Assembly: GCA_963705085.1 (NCBI GenBank)
Contig: CAVPIV010000001.1
Location: 22,443 to 86,442 of the forward strand
Direction of reading: 5' to 3'
Length of the DNA stretch: 64,000 nt
From: an uncultured Thermoleophilia bacterium
GTDB lineage: Bacteria > Actinomycetota > Thermoleophilia > UBA2241
The notes beneath the pieces are model-generated. The model ran no database searches. It was given only the letters and a program-made list of their open reading frames with translations, and had not been told where the DNA came from. Made by a program: the position numbers and the translations under genes. Shown piece after piece: positions 1 through 10,021 of this stretch (its first letter is position 1; each line of letters opens with the position of its first letter).

Positions 1-778
1 GTTCGCTCGGCATATAGCCGACGCTTCCCGGGCGGCCGCTATCGTCCCAGCCATGCGGCTCGTCGACCAGCCAGCGGCGCCAGAAAGAGAGACGCTCACT
101 CGCCGCAAGCGGGCGGCTGCGGAAGGCCTCGAGGTCGACGCCGTTGGGGATCGCGGCGAGCCGCGCGGGTAGCGCACCGAGCAGTGACGCCACCTCTGAT
201 TCCGAGCCCGGCGGCACGATCAGCCTTGTGCATGCCTGCGCCCAGCGGCGAAGCCGAGTCGCCCAGGCCGTCGCATGGGTCCACCCCGGCGGAGGACCTG
301 CCGCCATCTCCCGTAGCATGGCGAGCTCCGTGCCGTGCAGCTGCCCGACGATCGGGATGCTCGGGAACGATCTGAGCGCCGCCTCGTTCGCCGGCGTCAG
401 GTGGTTCACGTGGAGGACATCCGCGCCGGCTGCGCCCGCGTCCGCGAAGGCTCCGCTCCAGGCGGCGACAAGGCGCTCGTAGTCCTCCTCGCCGACCGCT
501 GCGAACACGCGATCCGGGGCGCCTGGGCGATCCTCGTACGACGGCTGGAACGGGATTGAGGCGACGAGCCCGTCGCCGCCTTTCTCCGCGGGCAGGTACT
601 CGACGGGCAGCACGTCCATACCGGCAAAGAACGTGGCGGCATTCGTCGACTCGCCGGATGCTCCCAGCGAGCCTGCGACCAGCGTCGCCTGCCACCCGAC
701 GGACGGCAGGTTGCCACAGAGCGCCAGGACGACGTGCGCGGAGCCGCCGCGGGGAAAGAAGAAGAGCGAAGCGCACAC
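1..778 (-). CDS. Glycosyltransferase family 4 (group 1), 3' end beyond the window start. Start uncertain: GTG 778 or ATG 916.
   Basis: Hand translation of the minus frame gives MCASLFFFPRGGSAHVVLALCGNLP ... ADVLHVNHL ... IPIVGQLHGTEL ... RLIVPPGSESEV ... AAIPNGVDLEAF, a GT4 N-domain with the C-domain IPNGVD motif. The frame is absent from the ORF track because it runs off the window edge. Confidence 0.6.
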   Translation of the reverse strand, partial: MCASLFFFPRGGSAHVVLALCGNLPSVGWQATLVAGSLGASGESTNAATFFAGMDVLPVEYLPAEKGGDGLVASIPFQPSYEDRPGAPDRVFAAVGEEDYERLVAAWSGAFADAGAAGADVLHVNHLTPANEAALRSFPSIPIVGQLHGTELAMLREMAAGPPPGWTHATAWATRLRRWAQACTRLIVPPGSESEVASLLGALPARLAAIPNGVDLEAFRSRPLAASERLSFWRRWLVDEPHGWDDSGRPGSVGYMPSE

Positions 779-1133
779 GCGGCGGCTTCTCGGGCCAACG
801 ACGGATGCGGAAGCGGGCGGACCGATCGTCTCTGAACCCACTGGGCCTCCTTCCGTGGATAGACCGCTCGTCCGGTGGACTGGGAAGCTGACTCTACAGC
901 ACGACCATCGCAGCATGGGGGGCCGGATGGCCAACCTCTGGACCTGGTGCCGTGCGCGAGACTCCTTCGCGGGTCCTCTCGCCGCACTACGACGACAGTG
1001 TGGTCTCCGTCGTTTCGCGGCGGTACACTGCGGGTGAGATCGCCCGTTGGGTAGACGACCGCGGGCGCACGGACACGCACTGCCGGGCGCGGGCGCATCG
1101 GCGACCGGCAGACGGGACTGGGGGGAATCTGCC

Positions 1134-2105
1134 ATGGAAACTCCACTCAGGATGCTAGGGCGCATGCGTGGGGGGAGGGCTCTCGCCGCCGGGGTTGTTC
1201 TCGCGCTGATCCCGTCGGTGCTGCTCGCCGCCGTGCTCGCAGGCTGTGGCGGCGACGGCGGCTCGGCCGCGATCGGCGAGAAGGCCGCCAACGACAAGGT
1301 GGCGGTGACGGTGCACTCCGTCAAGACCTACACGAAGGTCACGACCGAGGACGGCGACGTGCTCACCATGAAGTCGCCGAAGAACGTCTACCTGATCGTC
1401 GACATGACCATCCGCAACCTGCAGGACGCCCCGCACGAGGTCGACCCGGAGAACGTCCACTTGGTGACCGTCGACGACAAGTACTGGACGGGCGAAGGCG
1501 GCCAGTTGGTTGCCGACTTCCCCGACGAGTACAAGGCGCTCACGGCGCGCACCCTCGGCGCGGGCAAGCAGGTGCGCGGCATGGTCGGCTACGGTGTGCC
1601 CAAGGGCACGGAGCTCAAGAGCGTGACCTACGTCGCCGATCCCGACATCGCGATCAGTCTCGACGGCATGATTGTCAAGGCGCCGCCCGTCGAGAAACCG
1701 CCCAAAGTCGGGCAGACGGCGAAGGGCGGTGGGCTGGCCTTCGCCGTCAGCTCCATGACCTATCCGTCCTCGCTCTCGCACGGCGCGTGGACCACCACCG
1801 CCAAGTCGGGCGACAAGCTCGTCCTGCTCAACGTGACGGTGAGGAATCTGAGCCGCAAGCCGTCGTACAAGGTCGATCCCCTCTCGGTGGTGATCGTGGA
1901 CGCCAACGGCACGCGCTGGAGCAGCTTCAATCGCAGTGCCCTCGGCCTCGCCGATTCTGAGGAGTTCCCGGTCAAGGTCCTTCGCCCCGGCGCCAAAGCG
2001 AGCGGCAAGGTGGTCATCAGTGTCCCCAAGAACGGGAAGCTGAAGACGGTTCGCTACGAGTCGGGAGTGCTGGGTCCACCCCTCGAGTTGCGGGTGACAA
2101 ACTAG
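1134..2105 (+). CDS. Lipoprotein with two tandem DUF4352-like Ig-like domains
   Basis: Signal peptide with lipobox LAGC; two similar halves (VTVHSVKTY... and LAFAVSSMTY...); GGGGGA SD upstream of ATG 1134. Confidence 0.7.
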   Translation: METPLRMLGRMRGGRALAAGVVLALIPSVLLAAVLAGCGGDGGSAAIGEKAANDKVAVTVHSVKTYTKVTTEDGDVLTMKSPKNVYLIVDMTIRNLQDAPHEVDPENVHLVTVDDKYWTGEGGQLVADFPDEYKALTARTLGAGKQVRGMVGYGVPKGTELKSVTYVADPDIAISLDGMIVKAPPVEKPPKVGQTAKGGGLAFAVSSMTYPSSLSHGAWTTTAKSGDKLVLLNVTVRNLSRKPSYKVDPLSVVIVDANGTRWSSFNRSALGLADSEEFPVKVLRPGAKASGKVVISVPKNGKLKTVRYESGVLGPPLELRVTN

Positions 2106-2264
2106 GGTCCCCAGGGCCGCCCTCGGGCGCCAGGGCGCGTGACGATCGCCGGCGCCCTGCGCTCAACGAGCGAGGGCCCGCAGAGGCGGGCTGGGGTCCG
2201 AAAGACGTGGCCTCGCTGCTAGACTCGGAGACGGACGCTACGGCACATCGAGAAGGGGTCGGAC

Positions 2265-2681
2265 ATGGGCGATACGGCTGATCGCGCGGCGTACACGGTG
2301 GCACACATCGACGACATCCCGGCCGAGGAGGGCTCGTCGCCGGGCACCGAGTGGAAGCCGGTCCGGCGCTTCTTCGGCATCGGCTCGTTCGGCACGAACC
2401 TCGCACGCGCCACCGAGGCCGGCGACGTGCTCACGCACGACCACGATGAGGCGGCGACCCGGCACGAGGAGCTCTTCCTCATCGTGTCGGGTCATGCGAC
2501 CTACCGGGTGGGCGACGAGGAGATCGACGCGCCGGCAGGCACGTTCCTGTACGTGCCCGACCCGGCGATCGTGCGCGGCGTGGTCGCGCGCGAGGCCGGC
2601 ACCACCATGCTCGTCGTCGGCGCCGAGCCTGGCTGCGCCTTCACGCCCTCGGACTGGGACACCGAGCCGCTGCCGGAGTGA
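2265..2681 (+). CDS. Cupin domain protein
   Basis: 138-aa ORF with the cupin pattern (GxH...E...FLYVP); SD GAAGGGG upstream. Confidence 0.75.
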   Translation: MGDTADRAAYTVAHIDDIPAEEGSSPGTEWKPVRRFFGIGSFGTNLARATEAGDVLTHDHDEAATRHEELFLIVSGHATYRVGDEEIDAPAGTFLYVPDPAIVRGVVAREAGTTMLVVGAEPGCAFTPSDWDTEPLPE

Positions 2682-2760
2682 GGCGCTGGGACAGGCGCCC
2701 AAGCGTGCACTCGCCTGCCCGCCCGCGGCCGCGCGAGGCCACTGGGTTCTCGGCCCTGGT

Positions 2761-4009
2761 TCAGTCCCGCAGCAACCGCCCGAAGTAGTCCAGGTAGGCC
2801 GTCGCTCCCCGCTGGAGGGCGTCGGGCTCGAGGATGAGGCTCGCCGTGAAGAACGCCTCGCGTTCCATGTCGAAGAAGTACCCGGGCTGGCTCCAGAGGC
2901 CCTCCTCCCGCAGAAGCCCGAGGGCCAACTCCTCTTCGGACTGGAGCCGCGGCGACTCGATGATCGCCGTCCAGCCGCCGTGGCAGGTGAGTACGCGATG
3001 GGGCGAGTCGTCTTCCTCCAGGATGAGGCGGAGCCGGGCGATGTTCTCTCTCAGCCTCCGCCGGCAACGCTCCGCGAAGTCTGTCGCTGAGGGCAGCAGC
3101 GTGGGCAGGGCGTTCATGATGGGCGTCCCCGCCGAGAGATAGGCGTCGGCGATGATCTCGAGCCGGTCTTCGGCTTCACGGAGTTCACGCTCCGGGCCCG
3201 ACGAGACGATCCAGCCGAGCTTCATCTGCGGCAGCCCGAGGCGCTTTGAGAGCCCGTCGAGGGCGAAGCAGAGGGTTCGGCCTTCGCCGATGAAGGAGCG
3301 ACGCACCGGCGATCGGCCGCCGGCGGCCGGTGGCGCTTCGCCGAGCTCGACCGGGAAGTCGTAGAAGACCTCGTCGGCGATGATGCGCGCAGCCGTACCG
3401 GACGCAGAGATCGACGAGGGCCTCGCGCTCTGCGTCACCCACGTATGAGCCTGTCGGGTTGCCGGGATTGATGACGACGAGGGCGCGGGCTCGTCCCCGT
3501 GTCAGCGCCGCTTCGACGGAATCGAGATCGATACGCCAGCCGGCGGGATGAGCGTACGCCAGGCGATACGGGCGCGTCTCCACCCCTTCGAGGCCCGCGA
3601 GATACTCGAAGAGCGGGTAGCCGGGACTGGGCGCGACGATCGCCTCGCCCGGGTCGCAGAGCAGCTTGAAGAGCCAGCCATAGGCCTCGGAGGTCGACGC
3701 GCAGAGAAACACGTCGCGGGCGTCGACCGGCGACGCGTGACGTGGTTCTCGGCTCGCGCGAACGGCGCAGTCCTCGACGATCGCGTCCCTGGCGCGCCGC
3801 AGGCCCCGCGGGTCGGGCTCGTAGCGCACGTTCGCCGGGTCGGCGAGCAGGCTGAGCGCATGCTGCGCGGGGCCGAGTCCTACCAGCGTCGGGTTGCTCT
3901 CGGAGAAGTCGAGCACGGGGACGCCGCCGGCCCGCAGGTCCGCGCGCAGCTTCGCCAGGGCGTTGTCCGCCGCGGGCCAGGTCAGCCTGGCGGAGAAGGG
4001 GATGCGCAT
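2761..4009 (-). pseudogene. Class I/II PLP-dependent aminotransferase (AlaC-like), reading frame broken by a +/-1 shift near 3400-3430. Either a sequencing indel or a true frameshift.
   Basis: N part (ORF 3185-4009): MRIPFSARL...SESNPT...NPGNPTGSYV...REALVDLCVRYG. C part (ORF 2761-3438) resumes in another frame at ...ARIIADEVFYDF...CFALDGLSKRLGLPQMKLGWI (SxSK / PLP-Lys region). Confidence 0.6.
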
Positions 4010-4077
4010 GAGCTTACACTAGGGCGCCGGACGCCTGCCGGGCAAGCACGGCGCGGCCGGCCTCCCGACGCAGATCG

Positions 4078-5148
4078 CTACTTCTGCGACGCGTGACCCA
4101 GCACGGTGAGCAGGGTGTTGAGCACCAGTGCGTCGGGGCGTACCCAGGCGTGGTAGTACGCCCAGTTGGCGCGCATCATCGACAGGCGCAGGTCGGCGTC
4201 GCTCAGGAGCCGGTCAACCGCGGGGATGAACTCGTCGACGGTCTCGAAGTCCAGGTAGTTGACGCCGGCCGAGAAGCCGCCGGGCATGGTCGCCGCCAAA
4301 CGGCTGGTGACGATCGCCCGCGAGGCCGCGACGTACTCGGCCATCTTCCAGCCGATGGCGCCGTGGAGACCCGTGGTGGCGACGCACACGGCCGCGTCTC
4401 GCGCCCGCTGCAGCACCTCGACCGTCTGCCGTCCCTCGCCTTCTGGTACAAGGCAATCGCCGTACTCGCGCCGGGCGAAATCGGTCGCCGCGAAGCCGCC
4501 GTAGAATCGCGAGCCGAACTCCCGGCGTGCCGCACGGATGCAGTCGGCCCGCATGCCGTTCACCTTCAGGCGGTCCTCGACCGTGTAGTCGCTCGACGAC
4601 GCATCCCACGGCCAAGCCTTGGTCATGAACAGAGCTGTGGGCCTGGTGCAGGGAATCGGCAGCCACTCATAGTCTCGGATGTCGAGGATGCGATGGTCGG
4701 TGAAGCCGGCGTGACGGGTCACGACGCTGGTGCTCCGTACCAGAGCCTCGGACAAGCGGCGGGCGTGCAAGGGGCGGGTGCCCCAGTGCCACGAGTTGTG
4801 TTTGCTCGTGACCACGTAGTTGAGGCCGAGCGGCCACAGGCTCACGGTAGTCGGCCAAAGGTCGGCGCGTGATGGATCGAGACTGCGCTTGAAGTAGTGG
4901 TCGATGCTTGGCAGCTCTTCCTTGATCTCGTCTGGGGGGTTTGGGCCATCGTGCTCGTCGTAGACGACCCGCTGGCCGTTGACCAATGCGCGGACGACGA
5001 GACTGTCCTCTTCCGGCCCAGGATATCTGTGCATCTTCAGCGCGATGACGTCTGCGGCGGCCAGCTCGCAGAAGCCGGTCACGATCTGTTCGATGTGGAG
5101 GCTGTTGCCAGCAATGACGAGCTCACAGCTCGTGTCTCTGGAATTCAT
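4078..5148 (-). CDS. Hypothetical protein, CgeB/DUF3880-like glycosyltransferase-associated C-terminal domain
   Basis: 356-aa ORF with balanced composition; C-terminal VCVATTGLHGAIGWKMAEYVAASRAIVTS...YYHAWVRPD resembles CgeB-type glycosyltransferase-like proteins. Confidence 0.6.
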   Translation of the reverse strand: MNSRDTSCELVIAGNSLHIEQIVTGFCELAAADVIALKMHRYPGPEEDSLVVRALVNGQRVVYDEHDGPNPPDEIKEELPSIDHYFKRSLDPSRADLWPTTVSLWPLGLNYVVTSKHNSWHWGTRPLHARRLSEALVRSTSVVTRHAGFTDHRILDIRDYEWLPIPCTRPTALFMTKAWPWDASSSDYTVEDRLKVNGMRADCIRAARREFGSRFYGGFAATDFARREYGDCLVPEGEGRQTVEVLQRARDAAVCVATTGLHGAIGWKMAEYVAASRAIVTSRLAATMPGGFSAGVNYLDFETVDEFIPAVDRLLSDADLRLSMMRANWAYYHAWVRPDALVLNTLLTVLGHASQK

Positions 5149-5393
5149 GTGGGCATTCTATGGGCCGGCGGGACCGCGGACAAACGCAGCTCGCGTGAGA
5201 ACGACCCAGCTCGGGAGAGCCGTCACGGCGGGGCTCAATCGTTCGAATGGTCGCGCCGATACTGTGATAGCGTGTCGGCCCCGATGGCCGGCAGCGGGAC
5301 ACGTGTGCGGCCGCGGTGAGGAGGTGGCGGGTTCCTCCTCTGAGGGTCCTGCGGCCTGCTCGTGCAGGCCTATCTGTGAGCGGGAGGATGCAC

Positions 5394-6167
5394 ATGAAGG
5401 TGGTCATCTTGGCCGGTGGCCGCGGCACGCGCCTTGCGGAGGAGACGACGGTCAAGCCCAAGCCACTCATCGAGATCGGCGGCCGGCCCATTCTGTGGCA
5501 CATCATGAGCATCTATGGGGCCTATGGCCACGACGACTTCATAGTCTGCCTCGGATACATGGGACACCTCATCAAGGAGTACTTCGCCAACTACGCCCTA
5601 CGTAGTTGCGACGTCACCTTCGACCTGGCGAAGGGCAGCACCGAGATCAACGGTTGCCCACGTGAGCCGTGGCGTGTCTCGTGCATCGACACGGGTGGAG
5701 ACACCATGACGGGCGGCCGCATCAAGCGCGTCGCAAGTGCCATCTCTCAAGGCACGTTCATGCTCACCTACGGCGACGGCGTCGCGGACGTCGACATCAC
5801 GCGGCTCCTCGAGTTCCATCGCTCCCACGGCAAGTTGGCGACGGTCACGGCCGTTCGCCCGTTGGGCCGTTTCGGGGCTCTCTGGCTTGACGGCGACATG
5901 CGCCGCGTGCGCGCGTTCGAAGAGAAGCCAGAGGGTGACCGTTCCTGGGTGAGCGGCGGCTTCTTCGTGCTCGAGCCGGGCGTGCTCGACTACATCGAGG
6001 GCGACGACACGTACTTCGAGCGCGAGCCCCTGGAGCGTCTGGCGAGCGAGGGGGAACTCATGGCCTACCGACACCCCTCGTTCTGGCACCCAATGGACAC
6101 CGTCCGCGACAAGGAAGCCCTCGAGCAGCTCTGGGAGACCGGCACGCCACCCTGGAAGATGTGGTGA
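5394..6167 (+). CDS. rfbF: Glucose-1-phosphate cytidylyltransferase
   Basis: MKVVILAGGRGTRL...KPLIEIGGRPILWHIM...GGFFVLEP matches RfbF/DdhA; GGGAGG SD 6 nt upstream of ATG 5394. Confidence 0.9.
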   Translation: MKVVILAGGRGTRLAEETTVKPKPLIEIGGRPILWHIMSIYGAYGHDDFIVCLGYMGHLIKEYFANYALRSCDVTFDLAKGSTEINGCPREPWRVSCIDTGGDTMTGGRIKRVASAISQGTFMLTYGDGVADVDITRLLEFHRSHGKLATVTAVRPLGRFGALWLDGDMRRVRAFEEKPEGDRSWVSGGFFVLEPGVLDYIEGDDTYFEREPLERLASEGELMAYRHPSFWHPMDTVRDKEALEQLWETGTPPWKMW

Positions 6168-7378
6168 GCGATGCTGACTCTCGAGGCGATCGCCATTGCG
6201 CTGCCAGGCGTCCCGGCCCCGGCGAACCGTCGGAGCGACGCTTGACCGCATGCGCCCGGACATCAACGGCCGCCGAGGTCGTGCGCGGCGACCTGGAGCA
6301 CATCGCGCTCGCCCTGGGCGACGCCCGGGAGTCGCTGGCCGGGCGCCGCGTGCTCATCACGGGGGGCGCCGGGTTCCTCGGCTACTACCTGGTGCAGTCG
6401 TTGCTCCACCTCAACGAGCGCCCGGCCAGGAGTGGTCCGCCCATCTCCGTGACCGTCTGGGACAACTTCGTCCGAGGAGTACCGGCATGGCTGGAGAGGA
6501 CGGCCGCGTCACCGCAGATGACCGTCTTGAAGCACGACGCGACCAGCCCTCTGCCGACAGGCATGCCCGAGTTCGACTACATCGTGCACGCCGCCTCCAT
6601 TGCCTCGCCGACCTACTACCGGCGGCACCCCCTGGAGACCATGGACGCGAACGTCGATGGGCTGCGGCGGCTCCTGGATCACGCGCGCGGGCGCCAGGAA
6701 GCGGGGGCGCCGCTACTCGGCTTCCTCTTCTTCTCGACGAGCGAGATCTACGGCGACCCCGGCCCCGAGCACATACCGACCCCCGAGACGTACCGGGGCT
6801 ACGTCTCGTGCACGGGCCCGAGGGCGTGCTACGACGAGTCCAAGCGCTACGGCGAGACGCTGTGCGCGACGTTCGCGCATCAGTTCGGCGTGCCGGTCAG
6901 CATGGCGCGCCCGTTCAACAACTACGGCCCCGGCCTCAAGATCACGGACGGCCGCGTCATCCCCGACTTCGCCCGCGACATCCTCGCGGGGCGCGACATC
7001 GTCATGCATTCCGACGGCTCGCCGGCGCGCACGTTCTGTTACGTGGCCGATGCCGTTGCCGGCTACTACCGCATCCTCACACGGGGGCGCCCGGGCGAGC
7101 CGTACAACATCGGCACGTCCGGCCCCGAGATCACTGTCGCCGAGCTCGCAGATGCCATGGTCGGGATTGGCCGCGAGCTGTTCGGCTACCAGGGCAGCGT
7201 CGTCGTGCGGCCGAGTCGGGACGGTGCGTACCTCACCGACAACCCGGCGCGCCGCTGCCCCGACATCACGAAGGCGCGCACCGAGCTCGGCTACGAGCCC
7301 TCGGTGGAGTTTCGTGAGGGCTTGCGGCGGACGCTCATTTGGTACTCGGCCAATCAGAACGAAGGGGATGAGGCGTGA
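6161..7378 (+). CDS. NAD-dependent epimerase/dehydratase, UDP-glucuronate decarboxylase (UXS)-like SDR. Start may be GTG 6161 (coupled to the rfbF stop) or GTG about 6276.
   Basis: [37 protein letters not shown]...[10 protein letters not shown]...DGRVIPDF are UXS/ArnA-like extended-SDR motifs; its stop overlaps the next gene's start (GTGA). Confidence 0.85.
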   Translation: MVSDADSRGDRHCAARRPGPGEPSERRLTACARTSTAAEVVRGDLEHIALALGDARESLAGRRVLITGGAGFLGYYLVQSLLHLNERPARSGPPISVTVWDNFVRGVPAWLERTAASPQMTVLKHDATSPLPTGMPEFDYIVHAASIASPTYYRRHPLETMDANVDGLRRLLDHARGRQEAGAPLLGFLFFSTSEIYGDPGPEHIPTPETYRGYVSCTGPRACYDESKRYGETLCATFAHQFGVPVSMARPFNNYGPGLKITDGRVIPDFARDILAGRDIVMHSDGSPARTFCYVADAVAGYYRILTRGRPGEPYNIGTSGPEITVAELADAMVGIGRELFGYQGSVVVRPSRDGAYLTDNPARRCPDITKARTELGYEPSVEFREGLRRTLIWYSANQNEGDEA

Positions 7379-8714
7379 GACTGTCTGTCGTGGGCACTGG
7401 CTATGTTGGACTCGTGACGGGCGCCTGCCTCGCGGAGAAGGGCCACACGGTGATCTGCGTCGACCTCGACCCCGCGAAGGTGGACGCTCATCAACGCCGG
7501 GCGTGCCACCCATCCACGAGGAGGGTCTGGCCGGTATCCTCGAACGCACGGTGCCCGACAGGCTGAGGGCGACGACCGACCTGGCGGAAGCTGTGTCGAG
7601 CACGGACATCACGTTGATCGCCGTGGGCACGCCGTTCGACGGGGAGCAGATCGATCTCGCCGCGCTCCGGCAGGCGACCACGGCCATCGGAGACGTCCTG
7701 CGGGGCAAGCCGGACTACCACGTGGTCGTGGTGAAGAGCACCGTCGTGCCCGGGACCACCGACCAGGTCGTTGTTCCGCTGCTCGAAGAGAGATCCGGCA
7801 GGGCCGCCGGCGAGGAGTTCGGCGTGGGCATGAACCCGGAGTTCCTGCGCGAAGGGCAGGCGGTCGCAGACTTCATGAATCCCGACCGCATCGTGCTCGG
7901 CGCCGACGACCCCCGGGTCCTCGATGCCTGCTCGGAGTTGTACGCGGCGTTTCCCTCGGCGTCCGTCGTCCACACCACGACGCGCACCGCCGAGATGATC
8001 AAGTACACGTCGAATGCCCTGCTCGCGTCCCTCATCTCATTCTCAAACGACATCGCCAACCTCTGCAGCGCAGTGGGCGGCGTCGACGCTTGCGACGTCA
8101 TGGCCGGCGTCAAGCTCGACCGCCGGCTCAGTCCCATGGCGGGGGATGGCTCACGTATCAGCCCCGGGGTGCTCGACTACCTTGACCCCGGTTGTGGCTT
8201 CGGCGGCAGCTGCTTCCCCAAGGACGTCCAGGCGCTGACGGCGTTCGCGGAGAGGCGAGGCTCGCCGCTCCGGCTCCTCGAGCAGGTCCTCGCCGTCAAC
8301 GACGCGCAGCCCTTCAAGATGATCGACTTGCTGCGGCGACACTTCGACACGCTCCTCGGCGTGCGGGTCGCTGTGCTCGGGCTCGCCTTCAAGCCGGACA
8401 CCGACGACCTGCGCAGCTCTCCGGCGCTGCCCATCGTGGACCACTTGCTGCACGCCGGCGCCGTCGTCAAGGCGTATGACCCTATCGTGCGGGATGAGGA
8501 TATCGCCCGGCTGGAGTGGGCAGAGGTCACGCGGTGCACTACTCTCTCGGACGCGGTCGCGGACGCCGACGCCGTACTCCTTGTGACACGCTGGGGCGAG
8601 TTCGCGACGCTGCCTGATCTGCTCCGCCAGCTCGCAGTCGAGCCCCTGATCGTCGACGGCCGGCGTATGCTCGCCGCCGATTCGGTGGCCCGCTACGAAG
8701 GGATCGGACGATGA
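7375..8714 (+). CDS. NDP-sugar dehydrogenase (UDP-glucose/GDP-mannose dehydrogenase family); frame disrupted about 7480-7520
   Basis: ORF 7375-7566 gives the Rossmann N-terminus [38 protein letters not shown]. The rest continues in another frame: [12 protein letters not shown]...[13 protein letters not shown]...NPEFLREG...[11 protein letters not shown]...[17 protein letters not shown] is visible in the third frame, suggesting two nearby indels. Confidence 0.7.
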
Positions 8715-10021
8715 CGCCGCAGCAGCTCAAGGCCGAGATCCTCGAGTTGGTGAAGCGCTACTACGAGGAGGCGCACGCGCGACCGCGCTTCGTGCCCGGC
8801 AAGACGAGGGTCACGTACGCCGGGCGCGTGTACGACGAGCGCGAGCTTGTCAGCCTTGTCGACTCCTCGCTCGACTTTTGGCTCACCGCGGGGCCGTATG
8901 CCGCCGAGCTCGAGGCTCGGCTCCGGCGTCTGTTTGCGGCGGAGCGGGCTCTGCTCGTCAACTCGGGCTCCTCCGCGAACCTGATCATGGTCTCGGCGCT
9001 TCGTTCGGCGCAGCTCGACGGGGCCCTCGAACCCGGGGACGAGGTCATCACCCCGTCGGTGACCTTCCCCACGACGCTCACGCCCATCCTGCAGAACCAG
9101 CTCGTGCCGGTGTTCGTCGATTGCCAGATCGGTACCTACAACATCGATCCGGCCCGCATCGAGGATGCCATCGGCCCGCGCACGCGGGCGATCCTCGTCC
9201 CGCACACGCTCGGCAACCCCTGCGACCTCTCGACGATCATGGCGGTCGCCGAGCGCCACGACCTGATCGTCCTCGAGGACGCCTGCGACGCCTTCGGCGC
9301 CACCTACGACGGCCGCCCCGTCGGTACGTTCGGCGCTATGGCGTCGCTGAGCTTCTATCCCGCGCATCAGATGACCATGGGCGAGGGCGGAGGCGTGGTG
9401 GTTAACGATCAGCGCTTCGCGCGCATCGCGATGTCCCTGCGTGACTGGGGCCGCGACTGCTGGTGCGAGCCGGGCCACAATGACACGTGCGGCCAGCGCT
9501 TCTCCGGGTGCCACGGCGACCTGCCCATCGGCTACGACCACAAGTACGTCTACTCGAACCTCGGCTACAACCTCAAGGTCACCGACATGCAGGCGGCGAT
9601 CGGTCTCGCGCAGCTCGACAAGCTCGAGAGCTTCGTGGCCGCGAGACGGGCGAACTTCGCGTACTACTACGAGCGTCTCCAGCCCCTGGCAGACCGCATC
9701 GTGCTCCCGGTCTGGGACGCCGCGTCCGAGCCGTCGTGGTTCGGGTTCCCGATCACGGCCGCCGACGCGGGCGCGGCGCAGGCGCTCGTCGAGCGCCTGG
9801 AGCGTGCCCTGATCGAGACACGCAAGGTCTTCGCCGGCAACATCTTGCGGCAGCCGGGCTTCCTCGGTATTCCGCATCGCGTCCACGACACTCTCAAGAA
9901 CGCTGACGAGATCATGAAGCGCACCTTCTTCGTCGGCGTGTATCCAGGGCTCACGACAGACATGCGGGAGTACGTCGCCGAGACGATTCTGGGCTTCTAC
10001 GGCATTAGTCCCTCAGAGTGA
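8711..10021 (+). CDS. rfbH: CDP-6-deoxy-D-xylo-4-hexulose-3-dehydrase (E1)-like PMP-dependent dehydratase, DegT/DnrJ/EryC1 family
   Basis: Near-collinear with Salmonella/Yersinia RfbH/DdhC. FYPAHQMTMGEGG has His in place of the PLP Lys. RDWGRDCWCEPGHNDTC plus EDACDAFG keep the C-X57-C-X1-C-X7-C [2Fe-2S] pattern. ATGA overlap with the upstream gene. Confidence 0.9.
   Translation: MTPQQLKAEILELVKRYYEEAHARPRFVPGKTRVTYAGRVYDERELVSLVDSSLDFWLTAGPYAAELEARLRRLFAAERALLVNSGSSANLIMVSALRSAQLDGALEPGDEVITPSVTFPTTLTPILQNQLVPVFVDCQIGTYNIDPARIEDAIGPRTRAILVPHTLGNPCDLSTIMAVAERHDLIVLEDACDAFGATYDGRPVGTFGAMASLSFYPAHQMTMGEGGGVVVNDQRFARIAMSLRDWGRDCWCEPGHNDTCGQRFSGCHGDLPIGYDHKYVYSNLGYNLKVTDMQAAIGLAQLDKLESFVAARRANFAYYYERLQPLADRIVLPVWDAASEPSWFGFPITAADAGAAQALVERLERALIETRKVFAGNILRQPGFLGIPHRVHDTLKNADEIMKRTFFVGVYPGLTTDMREYVAETILGFYGISPSE

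Noticed and set aside
5260-5310. tRNA-like T-loop candidate (GTTCGAATGG) in the rfbF upstream region
   Set aside because: It does not match the GGTTCGAATCC consensus context, and no acceptor or anticodon arms could be built. I saw no tRNA in any intergenic region.
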